This document shows positions 24,344 through 38,854 of a DNA stretch of 64,000 nt, piece after piece; the first letter of the stretch is position 1, and each line of letters starts with the position of its first letter. Location: the NCBI GenBank assembly GCA_025201805.1, contig MU619342.1:1-64000 (forward strand), written 5' to 3'. The notes under the pieces were generated by a model, which did not search any database, was not told where the DNA came from, and was given only the letters and a program-made list of their open reading frames with translations. The translations under genes and the position numbers were made by a program. The DNA comes from Parasitella parasitica NRRL 2501 (Eukaryota > Fungi > Mucoromycota).

Positions 24344-27300
24344 TTCCATCACACGCTGCAGTAATTTAGCGGCATCTTTTGTTGAAAATAAATCCATCAT
24401 TTGTTTGTATCTATACACGAACAGAACTTTTTTTTTTTTTTTTTCGATTCAGTCAGACTTTTCATCAAGTATTGCCATATAGAAATACATCGCCCCCTTT
24501 AGGTGTTACATTCGCTTTTGACGGTTTTATTACGACTGTTGCAGCTCGTCAGAATATATCAAGGAAGGCTTTTATTATATGATCAGCACAACAAATATCC
24601 GTTTTCATTTTTTCAAGCTCTTCCAAATATATGTCCTGGTCATCAATGTACGGCCGCTCTTTCACTATGTTACATGAACGAGTTTAGCTAACAACACATT
24701 TTTTGCGTGTCCACGGCATCTTGTTTATGATACACAAAGCTTTATTGCTGAAGATTATGCGCGTGATTATCTTTATACTCATTGACTGAATTTGCTGTCT
24801 AGCTACATAATTATGTAAATCATCATGACTATACTACCCATATAGTTTACTCTGCGACCTTGGAATTGATTAGAGACTCTGATGTGAGACCTTGTTGTGA
24901 AAAACAAAACTGTTTTTGTAAATAACTTTCGATAGACACTCATTGCTCAAATCAAGTAATGCTCAGATAGCCCTAATTATGCCTGTATTCATCAAGTCTA
25001 AAACAGGCCTTTTGTACATAATTTTTGGTATGTGAAAATCTGTATTTTCTGTGGCATATCAAAAGTCAGTGTTATTAAATAAATCTGTCAAAGAATTACA
25101 CTTTATCCCTGATATATCCTATAGACGTACTTGTGAACACTGTCATTATGCTTGAGTTAGCTCTGAACTATAGCAAAGTCGTAATAACGTCTTATAATGT
25201 CCAAATTAGCAAGCGATAATAGAAAAACTGTTGGTCAGGATGTGAAGGCTAGACAATGTGGGTTTAAAGTATTTTAGTAGTGATATTTGAGATAGGAAAC
25301 AGGTTAAACAGAATACTTGAGAACTGATGTACTTTATTTATTTCAAAAATATATTCGACTACTTATACTTTTTGTAATTACTTGATTAATAGGTTTTTGG
25401 GGGCATAGGGTGTTCAGATGATAGAAGTTGTTGTTAATTACACTATTGAACGATTGATTTATTAACAGTAAAGATTTATTACTCGACCTGACAATACGTT
25501 GTTGATCTGTCATTTTCTGTATTTGGTGACATAATATTCACATCCTTATTAGAGTTTAAATACAACAATACTCCATACAAGCGTGGAACTTACCTTAAAA
25601 GATCAAGGATGGTCAACCACAAGAGTGTCACATTAAGGTTCATTAGCCGGTCAATGTAGCAGTGCCTAAAATCCAGCTTCCCGGGTATCACTTCATCATA
25701 CAAATAATTCTGCTGAGAGCTATACTGCTTGGGGATTTTCTCTACGAACAAGGCTATTCTCGTTACCCATGGCTATTCTCTCTTACTCTCCTTCTGTCGA
25801 TCACTGTTAGTTATTGCTTCATATTGGCACAGCATGGCTAGTAATTGGTTCTGTCTGTTTAAAGCTTGATGATACATTCTATAACCATGTACAGGATGTC
25901 CGCTCTCAAAAGTATAAATAGTCTAAGGAAATGTGGTGTATAGTTGGATATCTTTCTCACTATCTTTTAGGCAAATGTACGAATACATATATCCAGTTTA
26001 AATTGTATATCTTTACTTTGTATATTAGGGCAAGCACATTCTTTTTGGGATCCTTTACCACAGCTAATGTCTAGAATTTAGGTCGTTTATCTTTTCATAT
26101 TAGTTTTTTCAATGGGCAATGATGTTAGTGTATGTATTGTATAGGTTATTAAGTGTGTTCATACAAAGAAATATGCGCGCTCAAAGGATTATGCTTGCAT
26201 TACTCTCATATGTAGAATGTACTTGAAATGAACCAGTCTAATCCTGTACATTTTGTACGTTATACTGTTTAATGTTTATCTAATGTATTTTTTAAATTCG
26301 TCAAAAAATCAGGGATCCAGGGCAAAACGGCCCAATTAATTTTCTAAAATCAAATTATATGAATGTTTAAAAAATAAATATAATATTCGAGAGGTGTGCG
26401 TATTTTTCATTTTAAACTTTCGTAAGATATAGTTATAAAAAGTGCTTTACGTTCACAGAGTATCACTTTAACCCATGATAGGAAACCCCTCGAGATGGCT
26501 TCAACTTTATTTTGTTGCATACAGGGATAAATAATTATCACATTCTGTTAATCATACGTCCCATCTTGTGTCGATCATTGTAAGTCAAGCGGATTGATTT
26601 TAATGAAGCTCCACCATGCTAGCACAACAGTTGTTTAAACATCCCATATACGTGTTGTGGCTATGGGAGCTTTTAGGCAGATTTGGTACATGTATCTTCG
26701 CATATTTATTTGCAGATGCATCCTGTCTTTAGCGCTATATAGCAATGAGTTAAGTCAATAATTCCATGCAAAGATACCTCCATGATTAGTGTAATGTGCT
26801 GCTGTGTTCCGTAAAAAAAAAAGCTACTCAGGTCGTGTAACAATGTGCAAAGTTGACTATTTTGATCTTTTGGACGATTAAAAACTAATAATCATTTCTA
26901 AGAGAATCATGAGATTTATACATCGATAATCGATTTGGATATTAGTAAGGGAAAATAAAAAAAAAGGCGTACCCTTTAATATATCAATCCTTGGTAACAG
27001 CATCCGTCAAAGTAAGGAGACTTCTGTATACCTGATCCGAGAATTAGAATTTTTTTCCCTTTTTTTTTTTGTGTGTATTTACATGACAAATGTTGCAAAT
27101 ATTTTTTTTTTACAAGAAATATAAGGTTGTATTTTAATTTATCTCTTTGTTCAAACAAACAAAAAGTGGGATAATTACATAAAATACGCGCATAGAATTT
27201 CAGGGGGTGGGAGGGAAATACAAGAGCTGTTTGCAGAGATAGAAAAAAAACAAGGAGGTTGTCAAAATAAATGTAACAGCAATCTTGGTGTACAACCTAC

Positions 27301-27379
27301 AAACTCGTGCAGTTTGGGGTTTCGTGGTTTTTTTTTTTCTTTCTTTCCCTCTCTTTCTTTTTGCTCCATTTATAAAAGA

Positions 27380-29064
27380 ATGTCGCTATCATATACACAT
27401 CAAAGAGACTCGGGTGCTATTTCAGGAGATGCAGCGCCCCGGTTCAGCGTCAACTCCAATCTAATGAACTATTCGATACCTAAAAACGACGACACCTCCG
27501 TATCACCCACATTAGAAAGCAGCACAAGCAGACGAGAAATACAGCGAGGAGATTCTGATACGCAAAGCAGACAATTGGAGGCACAAATCGAGCATCTCAC
27601 CTTGCAGAATGTGAAGCTACAGCGCACGAACCGATTGTTAAAGGTAGACACCGACAATCTAATTGAGCAAAAGACGAGTCCGCTAGAGAAAACTATACAA
27701 GAGTTGACAATAGCCAATGTGAGGTTGCAGCGAGCTTCTCGGCTATTGCAATTAGAATTGGACGAAAAAACAGAGCAACTAAACAAGTTTCAACAAAATC
27801 AGATACTTCAAATGAAAACAGTGGGTCCCGAATATGAGTTCCTTGTCCAGAATATCAATCTGCTGCAGAGACAGGTACGTCGTTGTTGTTGTTGTGTGTG
27901 TGTGTGTGTTTTTGTGCCGCAATGTTGATAACATGAAATAGATTGCGGGACACCCTACATGTGATGATACGTGTTGCTTTACAATGCAACCTATCGATCA
28001 ATCTACCATGGTAATGACGTTACCCTGCAATGACCATGATACTGATTCTGACGACAACGAAGAGGAAGGGGTTGAAGCACAGCACATCTGCAGACCTGTT
28101 ATTCACTCGAGCATTTCCCAAGGCTCATATGCCGTTGAATTAGAAAATAAAATACTGCGCTTAGAACAATTCATTGAAGAGCTTGACGAGGAAAAAGAAC
28201 AGATCCTGCGTCAACACAGCTACAAAGATAATGATGTGGAGACACTCAAGAAAGAATTAAGAATCAAGGATCAAATTGTATCACAGCTAGAACAGGATTT
28301 CATGGGCTTGGAGGACCAAATAGAGCATCTTCAGAAGGTAAAATACACCAGGACTCGGCATCATTGAAACATTGCTCATAGTCGGAATATAGGAATTGCA
28401 AGATCAAACTATGTTCAACAGTGGCAGCAGCAACGCCAGTAGTCATAGCAACATTCGTAGCTTGCTCACACCGCCTCCCATTCAAAGCGACCCCAAAAGG
28501 CAATCTCAGATGCTTATGGAATCCAAGCGCAGGTCTTTGGCTATCAAAGACACAGACATTTTGGAGCAGATGCTCAGAGGAGATTTAGAAGGATTCAATC
28601 AGCAACAACATCATCATCATCGTCCACAAGAGCACGACCTTGAGGACATGTACCAGCAATCCGAAGATGACGATAATGATTCGCGACAAGACTTGCTAGA
28701 ACTGGATGATGAAGACAATCAATCAACTACGTCTTCATCTATTGCAGCTGCAGAAACCCAAAGAAATTCCACCATCATGGTGATCGAAGAACACGACGAT
28801 TTAAAAAAAGGTATTAACGAGAAGCTCATTTCATGCTTAACATGTGATGGATTTCCCTGCACCTTCCCTTGCAATCACTCACTCAATAACCACAACAGTA
28901 AAACGGATGACCCCTTTGCGTTATTTACGGGTGTTGCCTTAGCTCTTGGCGTTGCCTCGCAGCTGGGCATAACAGATGATTGGACTGTACCCATAACTTT
29001 GGCTACTTTGGCACTAAGTTTTCTTTGGAATGGATCCAAAGCTAAAGCTTTAAAGACTCTGTAA
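27380..29064 (+). CDS. Uncharacterised coiled-coil protein with hydrophobic C-terminal membrane anchor (exons 27380-27874, 27942-28337, 28393-29064)
   Basis: Three ORFs joined in frame by GT-AG introns; heptad-rich segments; C-terminal hydrophobic hairpin. Confidence 0.75.
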
Positions 29065-29319
29065 CAACACCATCATTCTATGTATCTAACCAATTATTAA
29101 TATATACCATACACTATCCTCCCAATAAAGCCAATATATTCAACAGACTTGCGTGAGTGCATTCAATAGAGCATTGATTTTGCTTATATTAAGCCTCTTT
29201 TATGTCCAACATTTGGTTCGGTGTTTCAACGACTCACAGATAAAAACTGAAAAATATTTTTTTTAAACCTCTTTTTTTTTTTCTCTCTCTCTTATTCAAA
29301 CGCGAGCCCATCAACAATC

Positions 29320-30394
29320 ATGAGCGACTGGGGTAAGCAGGATGGTGAACACAGGAGGCCAGACTGGATATTTAGTTATTTTTTTTTTTTTTTTTTTTTT
29401 TTTAGAAGATAAAACTTACAGTGAGAGTCCCCTTTGCGAGTATTTTTTAATACTTGAATATGAGACGATACTTGCTTTCTTGTACGAACTTTGCAGGTTT
29501 TGGGATAGAAGAGGAATTTGACCAAGAGGTTGCCGTCAATACCAGGCCCAAAATGTCCTGGGATGAGGAGGACAGCGATGACAATGCCAATGTAAAGGAA
29601 TCCTGGGATGACTCGGAAGAAGAGGAGCAAGCAGAGGAAAAAAAGGTTGAGAAAAGCGTGGAAACAGCTGCACCAACCATCAAGAAGAAGTTGACATTGA
29701 AGGAAAAGATCGCCGAGAAGGAAGCTGCTTTGAAAGAACAAAAAGCTAAAAAGATTGCTTTGGTAATAGTATTATGGACCGTGTGATATCTCAGTGAATT
29801 AATCTCGCGAGGGCAGGCCAATCGTTTCATGGAAGGCGAGACTGAAGAGGAGCGATTTGAACGTGCTCAAAAGGAAGCTGGTATAGAGAAGGCCGAGTTC
29901 CACGAGGAAGGAGATGCTCGTAAGTTATGGTTCAAATGACAAGCAAAACACTTTCTTTTGACATTTTTTTGCAAATTTATAGCTAAAAAGACCCCTTCAA
30001 AGCCTGTTGAATCTATCAAACCAAGATATCGCTCTGAATTTGAGGAATTCCAAAAGCTATTGACCAATTTAATTCTGGAGCAAAAGGTAAATACACTTGT
30101 TTTGGGATGAGAGCTGCAAGAATTTTAACAGAGAGATCCAATTAGAGCAATCCTCTTTATGCCTCGTTTATTGAGCAACTTGCAAAGGATATCGCCGCAC
30201 CTGCGCTGGATATGGATGTTCGTAAGGCTGCGTCTAGTTTGACAGCTCTTGCAAATGATAAACAACGTCAACAAAAAGAAATCCTCAAAAACAGCAAAAA
30301 GACAAAGGGCAAGGTTCAGCCTGCCAAGGCTGTTCCTGCTGTCTCTACTAGAGAATATTCAACTACATATGACGATTTTGACGATTTCATGTAA
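29320..30394 (+). CDS. HCR1: Translation initiation factor eIF3 subunit J (Hcr1), multi-exon
   Basis: MSDW start; acidic SWDEED..VKESWDDSEEE; DVRKAASSLTALANDKQR; C-terminal YDDFDDFM. Confidence 0.9.
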
Positions 30395-30410
30395 TAGCAA
30401 CATTTGACAA

Positions 30411-30483
<73 letters not shown>

Positions 30484-31475
30484 ATCTATATTTGGATTTT
30501 TTGGATGGAGGGGGGATGGCATGTAGGACATTGCAATATATCATCAGTTTTGATTTATTAGAATGGATTAAACGGCGTAATATGATCTTGATATTATGCT
30601 ACGCCATTCCCAAGCATAGTGATTCCATTAAATACTAGACAGGCTCCATTTCTATCAATCTGTTTGCTTCCTTGTCCTATTTGAATGTCTTTTTGCGGCT
30701 GTACTTTGCTGCAAAGACGAGCTTCTTGATTGATTTATGCTGTAGTACTCTAGCACTATGGTACCATCCTTGCTGTAAACTTTTTGCGTCAACTCAGACT
30801 TTTGGTCTCTGACAGCAAACAGCAATCTTGTCAAGCTCTGGGCCATTCCCAAGCCTGAACAATTGCGTCTGGCCTTTATAAAATGAGTCGTAACTCGAGT
30901 CACTGCTACAGCAACAATGTTTTTGGTTATTGGTTTTTGGTTTTTGGTGAAGCTGGAAAATTGAATAAGAGTACAAAGCCCTTGACACCGGCCAAATGGT
31001 GTTGTGCTGAGGTTTGTTGCTGCCATGCCATTACAAGAGAAGCAAAGAAAGATAAAGATAAAATGTGGTAGATTGGCATAATGGTGGCCTGATATTCATA
31101 TACAGTTCGGTTTGGATTTCGCTTGTTTTGCTTGATTTTTTTCAACATCACATGGAACAATAGGAAGTTAGGCCAACGAATTTTACAGGCTGACACTACG
31201 CAGTTTTCGATGCTAAATTGATCATTGAACGATTTGAGGAACAAGGATCGCTAGAAAGTCAATTGTACATTTCGCATCGTTTTAGCAGGTACAGCGGCTG
31301 TATGCTCAGTCAGGCGACGCTCTGCTTAATACAAAGCATTCATGGCCAGTGATCTATATAGATCACTCCAATGCTTGCTCAAATGATGTGGTTGCGTAAT
31401 AGTTTATTTACTTGCAATTTACAGTGATTATGAATATATGCATACGGTATAAATATCACCTACTGCGATAACGTT

Positions 31476-32282
31476 TTACTTTTTGAGATTGTAGCGAGCT
31501 GAAATTTGCTCTACAAACTCTTCTTCGCCGATGAAAGTTTCCTTGACAGAAGGTCTGTTGGCAATGCCATCCAGGAACTCGGCAAGTCTGGGATTAGCTT
31601 TAACAGCCGCAAACTCAAAGCCATTCAAAATGTGCTTGTTGAGAGCGCTGATGCGCAAAAAGTGAGGAGCAATAGCAGCATCAGCCAAAGAGAAGTCGTC
31701 GCCGAGGAAATAAGGGCCAGTCTTTGCTTGTTGAAGTAAAAGCTCGTTAAACTACGATACATATGGGAAGCAGAAAGTGAGCAACCTCCAATCGCACTAG
31801 TCTCGTCCATACATGTACACACTTACGCGGTTCAAACTGGAATTGATGTTGGTCTCAAAGTTTTCACGAGCATTCTCGGCACTTTGGTTGAAGACGAACT
31901 TGTAGAATTCAGAGTTGATCTTGGACGAAAAGTACTCGATAGCAAAGCGAACATTGGCACGCTTCAAGGGCTCCTTGGGCAGCAAACTATGTTAGTGAGC
32001 AAGTGGTGTGCTTTTTTCTGCCACAATAAAGACTTACTTTTTCTCGGGAAAGCGATCGTTGAGATACTCGATAATGACCAGTGACTCAGCAATGTTTTGA
32101 CCTTCGACATTCAAGGCGGGCACCTTGAGTTCAGGGTTGACATCCTTGTACCAGTCAGGCTTGTTTTGCAGATCAATGTTGACAGTCTCGTACTCGGCAC
32201 CCACTTCCTTGAGTGTAATGGCTGCGCGTTGAGCGTAGGGACAGATGACAGCGTTGTAGAAGACGATTTTATCAGAAGACAT
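31476..32282 (-). CDS. Glutathione S-transferase (omega/tau-like), 3 exons
   Basis: CPYAQR active site, KPDWY..VNPELKVP, ESLVIIEYL, GPYF..FSLADAAIAP N-capping box. Confidence 0.9.
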
Positions 32283-32621
32283 TATTGTTGGAGTATAAAC
32301 AAAATAGTTGAAAAACCGATGCGGCAGACAAGCATAGATTGCTCCTTTTTATATGGTCTTTTTTTTTTTGCAGGATAAAACCGGCTGGTAATTAATCCGC
32401 GTTGATTAATAATTGTTTTGGCAGTAGCAATTTGATGTGAAAATGATGAAAGACTGGACAAAACCTTAAAATCTTGGTCAATAACATTCCCGCTTCTGCA
32501 CACCCCTCGCATCAGCATGAATAACGCCATTGCGTAGTAGTGCTAGATTTGTAATCCAAATCAAATTTTGGCAAGAAAACAAAAATCTTTATAAAATGAC
32601 AAAATTGTTGAATTTATTTAT

Positions 32622-34878
32622 TTACATTTTAGGGGCTGAGGGAATGTCTAGATAATCACCATAATCTGGAACAGGCGCAAGTTTGATATCGCCTTCTCCG
32701 ACTTGGTTAGTAGGAGACGTCAAGAAATTCTGAAAGACTTCTGGGGATCTAGGCGAGTTGACAGATTGTCTTAGAATATCCTCGGTGTTGATCTTTGTAA
32801 TAACAGCGTCCGACTCTTTGCGCAGGATTTCGCGAGCAGCGATCGTCGATACACGGCGACGAGACAAGGCTTCGCGCTTCTCAGCAGCAGACAATTTGGC
32901 CTGCTCCTTGGCAAGCATCGATTTGAACAGCTCGTCAGGGTCTGTAATAGTGCCCAGTGCTCGCTTAGCCTGCACGCTGAGATGAGATAGACCGACCTCA
33001 AAGGAAGCATTCATCCACCCAAAACCTTCTCTAGGAACAAACTTGAAATCAACGCCCACATTGCCATATTCTACTTGCACCTGGTGAGACAAATTAACCA
33101 CATCGAACTTTTCTGGAACAACGCCATTGAAATCCACGAATGACTTTGTGATGGTGTACAGGAAACGGTATGCTAAACGGCCAGCAATGTCAGACATGCC
33201 GTAGTTGTCAAATGCTACCCATGCCATGATTTGATGAGGGGCCCAACCAAAGGGGAAGTCCCATTGACGGTTGGGACGATCAAACGAAATGCTACCTCTG
33301 GACTGCTCCGTGCCAGAAACAAGACCTCCTCTCACCTCAAACTTGTACAAGCTTTTTGCCAGTCTTTGGGCCTGATCTTCGGAAGCAGCACCAGCCCACA
33401 TCATCCAATAGGCAGTAGCACTTTCATACGCAGTTGTTTCTTCTTTGACAGTATCATAGTCAAAGTAAAGATTTTCCTTTTCGTTCCATAAATACTGGTC
33501 GATTCTCTGTCTTCGTTGCGATGCTCGATCCGACCAAGTTTCAGCGGTTTGCTTGTTGCCATCAAAATCCTCCAAATCGTCGTCCAAGTAATCTCTGATG
33601 CAATCCGCCATGTCGGTTTCATATTTGTATAGTAAAGCGTTCAAGTCAACAGTGGCCAAGTTTGCACAGACTCCTTCAAAGCGGTAAGTTGTGTCATGGC
33701 CAGATTCTCGGACAGCGCGATCATGCAGAAAGTACTCGTCCAATTCAGGCACCTTGACAACGCCGTCGTTGTACATTTTGTTGAACTCGGGAATGGAAAC
33801 GTTATACTTTTGCGCGTGCTTCATGACGATATGGTCGAAATGAGACGCTTCTGTCTCTGGAGGAATACCCAGCCCCTCAGGTCGATAGCGAGACAGCATG
33901 GTTTTCTTGTCTAATCTAGGTTCAGCCATCCAAACGGTATGATATTCCTTGATGGCAGATTTGAGAATTTCACGCAACCAAGCCTTGTTTTCCTTGTCCC
34001 GCGCAGGGTCTAACTTTTCATAGACTCGTATAGCCATGTCAGTCAGAAACGGAGGTTGAGATCTTGACAGGTAGTATGAGCGATTGGCATTCAGGATCTT
34101 GCCGTAATGTTTGATCTCGTACGCAAAGTTTTCGGCCATCCCCTTGGCCAACTCAACCCTCCCATCCACCAAAAGACCCAGCGTTTCAAAGTAAGAATCC
34201 CAGCCATACATTTCATTGAAGCGCCCACCGGGAACAACAAATGACACACCATGAAAGTCAATTTTACCGCTATCGTCAATTACTTTGTTCATAGCAAGAG
34301 CCAAGATGCCAGGCTTGTCGTTGATGCTTTTGACGTACTCGGGCGTAATGTCCTTTGGAAGGTATTGCACGTCCAAATTAAGATGTGGTCTTGCTTCAGC
34401 TACGCGCTGATAGTAATCGTAGATTTCATCTTCATCGTGAGGGATATAAATTCTAGGCGCAACGTCATTTTGTCTGTTCTTGGGGTCCGAACAAATCACA
34501 TCCAAGCCTTCACCATCAATGCGTCTTGTAAGATTATCCCAGAACAAATGGCGAATCATTCTTGATAGTCGGTTTACCGGATTTTCGTTTAGCCTAGCTT
34601 CGTCAAGAACTACGTATCTTCGACCATAGTCTTTTGCTAGCGCCAGCTCTTGTAGTAGATTGGATAACATGTAATTGCCTCGAATTTGGAACCGTTTATA
34701 GCCGCCAGAATCAGCAGTGCCTAGCGAGAGCGTCTTGGGGCCCAGATCGTTGATGGTAATCTGGAAATCACCGTCCGTATCCTCTTGCTCCAGAATTTGG
34801 CTTAGTGTTGCTTCAACATCGATCAAAAACCTGCGGCTCTTTCCCTTGTCCTCTGTAAGAAGGTTTTAGTGGCGTACG

Positions 34879-34915
<37 letters not shown>

Positions 34916-35184
34916 TGCCATGTCGCTGCCGTTTGCTTACCATGGGAGGAACGCCTTTGTATACCATTATTGGAGGAGTCTCTCGAATCTCCGGTGCTAA
35001 AGCTAGAGCCGGTCCTCTTCATAACCAATTAGTCTACCTGTCATCATGGCAATAAAAATAAAGAATAAAAGCTAAAACTCACAGTAAAGGTTCTTGTTCT
35101 TTGTCTAGGGCCGTTTCTTCCGGTGGTGTAATAAGTGGATGCAGGTGCAGTAGGGTCTACAGATTCTCTTCTATCTTGAATCAT
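32622..35184 (-). CDS. NTH1: Neutral trehalase (GH37), with two short 5' exons
   Basis: Ca-binding DTDGDFQITIND; VPGGRFNEMYGWDSYF; RSQPP; ESGHD; QWDFPFGW; GFGWMNAS. 5' exon MIQDRRES...RQRTRTFT begins at 35184; RRSSH PKA-type site. Confidence 0.95.
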
Positions 35185-36497
35185 TTTGCGAATAATTAGC
35201 TACAGAGCAAGATGAAAAGAAAAGGCCTTTTCTAAAGTGTAGAAAACTGCTGCTATTTATAACACTTGCCAACTAGTGTTTTTTTGATTCGACATACCGA
35301 CAAGGTTTGAGATGTCTTGCATGAAAACTATGACGACGAGGAGCAAAGTATGTTCCAGATCCGCTTTCAAATACGTAATGAAAATCTTTTTTGGATTTAG
35401 CTTTTACTGACACTGCTTATATTGCCTAAGAGTGCAAGAAGAAACCAACCTCAGTGTATATAAATTTATACACATTGGGATATCACCAATGGTCTGTGCT
35501 GATGTTTGTCTCCAAACAAACAGGCAAAGCGATGCATGACGACATCTCATTCACTATTAGAAGCTTTTCTCTGCTCCGGATTTATACTATCAATTTAGTA
35601 TAGCAATGCTATACAAAATGTCTCCAGCAACGATTTTTTTTTTTTTTTTTTTTGAGTCCTGGATCATTCAAAGCTCGCAATGCGTCATATAGTGTCATGC
35701 ACTAACTTGAGCACCTTACTGTTGTAAAGTCACCATAGTTTCCTAATTAGATTTATTCAGATGTACAACAAAAATGTGAAATTCTTTGCGCATGACAGAA
35801 TAAAAAATGTCTCTGTAGATCTGACTAAATTGCGCAGACTCTACTTGCGCTGGTAGCATCACATTTTTCAAAAGTATTCTATGAGAGAATCTAACCCGTA
35901 TCACGAGCACGTGTCAAGTTTATTGATGAAACTGTAACTAACATTTGGTATCCTGCTAAAGAAAACAATCGTCCATTTTATCAACATTATTATATACTCG
36001 CTGTCTGGAGCTAGCGATCATTTATATGACATGAAACTTTTATTCAGCAAAAATGTGCCTCCTTGCTACTTTTTGTCGCTTGTCTGCACCACCCCCGCTT
36101 CAATATGCCGCATCCTATTAACTTGTTTGAATTGACTTGTGATTGACGGAAACTTTCATCTTGCTACCATTGACAGTAATCTATTCTTTGGCCCATAATG
36201 GTTTGGTAAAGATAAAACATGATCTGACATTGCGTTCAATGTCTGCTACCACAAATGCAGTTTTCGAAACCATTAGGCTGCAACAAAGTTCAAAGAGTAA
36301 GTTGGTTGTTTGTGCCAAAATTATTGACAAAAAAAATATTTGCTCATTCATTAAAAGGAGCATGAGATGTGTTGGTTTTGAATGATGTGGACAAGGACTC
36401 CCTGTCTTGTGATCCACTTGCAAGGACACCATTTTTCCCTGAAATAGTATTTAAAGATCTGAATGGGGACACTTTTTTCTCCACACACTCGATACTC

Positions 36498-38405
36498 ATG
36501 AACTTTTCATATCAAAAGTCTAGTCTCCCAGCAGAGATTCTACATCTTATATTTCAACAAGTCGAAAACACATCGTGTTGGAAAGAAACACGAGACACGC
36601 TTTATCAATGTCAGCTTGTTTGTAACAGTTGGATTAAACCAGCACAAATGCGACTTTACAAGAAAGTTTATCTGCCTCCCAATAAAATAGCAAGCTTCTC
36701 TTCAACACTGAAAACTGCATCATCATCAAAACTCGGTCATAAAGTCAAGCATATCGAATTTTATCCACCTGCACTTCCATATCCAGAAAACTTCATTACA
36801 CCGTGCCCTTCATCCGTAAACCAAGATCTCGATATTATCTTACAACACTGTCCAAACCTCGAAACAATTTGCAGCCCAACATCAAATACATTTGAGACAA
36901 ACTTCATCTGGAAACGCCTCCAAGCAGCAGCAGCAGCAAATAATAAATACAGACGCCTGAAGCTTTTTACCGACTCACACATAAGCTGTTTAGAAGACTC
37001 TCATATTTATACATCACTTTGCCTGGAGTTTCGAGAATCCTTAATCAAGCTTCGAATGTTCCCTAATCACAAATCAAATGATTCGAGCAAAGACGCCGGT
37101 TACCAGAGACTAAAAAGCTGTCTGAAGGACTTTGAATCGCTGGAGCTATTACAGCTGTATGGTGCCTTTGTTCAAAATTCTCTTATCAATGACCTGGACG
37201 AGATTTTAAATAATTGTCAACAAGCAACAAAGACATTGCAGCTTATAAACTGTAATCTTTCAGGCAGCGATGATTACTATACAACAGTGACAAACCCAAA
37301 CCACAGCATGAAGATCCTCACTCTCAAAAGCCATCATATTTCAACTCCTTCAATTCGATATTTCGCAAAAAAGCTGGCAGCATTGGAGATACTGGTGCTT
37401 AGCGTAGAGTCTCCGATGACAGACTTTGAAGCAGAATGCACCACATGGTGGAGCCAAATGACACAGCTTTGTCTGCCTCTTCAGGTTTACAACATCAATG
37501 TCGACGAACTAAACTACGACAATTATCTGCATCAAATCAGAGGTTGTGTGAACCTGTCAAGTAAATTTGCAAATGCTGCTAAAAAGAAGATCAATTCAAC
37601 TACAAAGATTGATTTTGCCGGATTCAACACTGAATTCACTATGGATTTAAGTGATCCAGAAGACTCTACAGAGAAATATGTTATTGAATTGAAACAAAAT
37701 GGCTCGTGTGCTCGCCTTTTCAAGTCTTACAAAGACATATTTTTCAATGAAGTTACAGACTACGATCAGCTTTTTGAATGCATACAACCATTTACACCCG
37801 ACACAATCAGGGTGTTCAATAAGCCCTGCGAATTGAATTCAAACCACAACAGGATCTGGAATATTTTTAATGGCGTTTTGTCTTTGATTAAAGACAGGAA
37901 GGTATCACTAGTACACTTTGATTCACTGATTTGGACCGATACATTGCCTGCTCTTCAAGAACACTCTGCAAAGAATATACAAGCAAACATATCAACATTA
38001 CTTTTTACATTTTCAGAGTTTGATGCTAATCGACTTCCCGAAATCTCGCCAAATCTAGCAAAAATTGACACTTTGATACTTGATGGATGTGTTATTAGCT
38101 CAGAATCTCCATACAGGTTGGAAATTAGTCTTCCTGAAACAAAAATAGGCCGCCTGGAATTGAAAACCATGGCAATACTGTACCAAACACACATCTTCTT
38201 TCCACATGGATACCAAACGATTGTCGTCACTACCGACACTGCAAAGATAACAACCTGCACTTATACCCAACCTTTCAATCATGAACTTTACCGACAACCT
38301 GCTGGCACACGTGAATCCGCAGATAACTTTGTCATTTCTATCAGATGCAAAGAACTCCAGAGCTTGGTTGTTTCTGATGTGGAAGTACTGGAGATGAAGA
38401 ATTAA
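36498..38405 (+). CDS. F-box/LRR-like protein, Mucorales-expanded family (intronless)
   Basis: SLPAEILHLIF...LYQCQLVCNSWIKPAQMRLY F-box followed by degenerate LRRs. First in-frame ATG at 36498. Confidence 0.8.
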   Translation: MNFSYQKSSLPAEILHLIFQQVENTSCWKETRDTLYQCQLVCNSWIKPAQMRLYKKVYLPPNKIASFSSTLKTASSSKLGHKVKHIEFYPPALPYPENFITPCPSSVNQDLDIILQHCPNLETICSPTSNTFETNFIWKRLQAAAAANNKYRRLKLFTDSHISCLEDSHIYTSLCLEFRESLIKLRMFPNHKSNDSSKDAGYQRLKSCLKDFESLELLQLYGAFVQNSLINDLDEILNNCQQATKTLQLINCNLSGSDDYYTTVTNPNHSMKILTLKSHHISTPSIRYFAKKLAALEILVLSVESPMTDFEAECTTWWSQMTQLCLPLQVYNINVDELNYDNYLHQIRGCVNLSSKFANAAKKKINSTTKIDFAGFNTEFTMDLSDPEDSTEKYVIELKQNGSCARLFKSYKDIFFNEVTDYDQLFECIQPFTPDTIRVFNKPCELNSNHNRIWNIFNGVLSLIKDRKVSLVHFDSLIWTDTLPALQEHSAKNIQANISTLLFTFSEFDANRLPEISPNLAKIDTLILDGCVISSESPYRLEISLPETKIGRLELKTMAILYQTHIFFPHGYQTIVVTTDTAKITTCTYTQPFNHELYRQPAGTRESADNFVISIRCKELQSLVVSDVEVLEMKN

Positions 38406-38633
38406 GGGAAAGTGGGAGCTGAACACCCAGTTAACCTCTAATTATTATTTAAGATTATTATGGTTCTTTTATATTATACGGTATTATGCTAATAGACAAA
38501 CGTTTAAATATGATATTTTCTTTCTAAAACCATTGCATCAATAAAACAATTATAACTATATCGATGACCATTTTTATTCAGGTACTAGACATAAAATTAG
38601 ACTATATGTGGTATCTTTATGATTAATCAACTC

Positions 38634-38664
<31 letters not shown>

Positions 38665-38854
38665 CACACCATTTTTTTTTCTCTTGCTATTACTGCATGA
38701 TGTCTAAAAATTTATGACTAAATTTACCATAAATATTACACCACTGACTGGATACTCAATACAATAGCTTAAAAAAAAAAGGTGAGCTCATGTTACTAGA
38801 TCTCGCTGTAAATACTGTACAAAATTCTACTCAGTTATTTATTCCATAATTTGT

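Noticed and set aside
24480-26400. Possible degenerate membrane-protein gene
   Set aside because: Could not assemble a consistent exon chain or recognise a motif.
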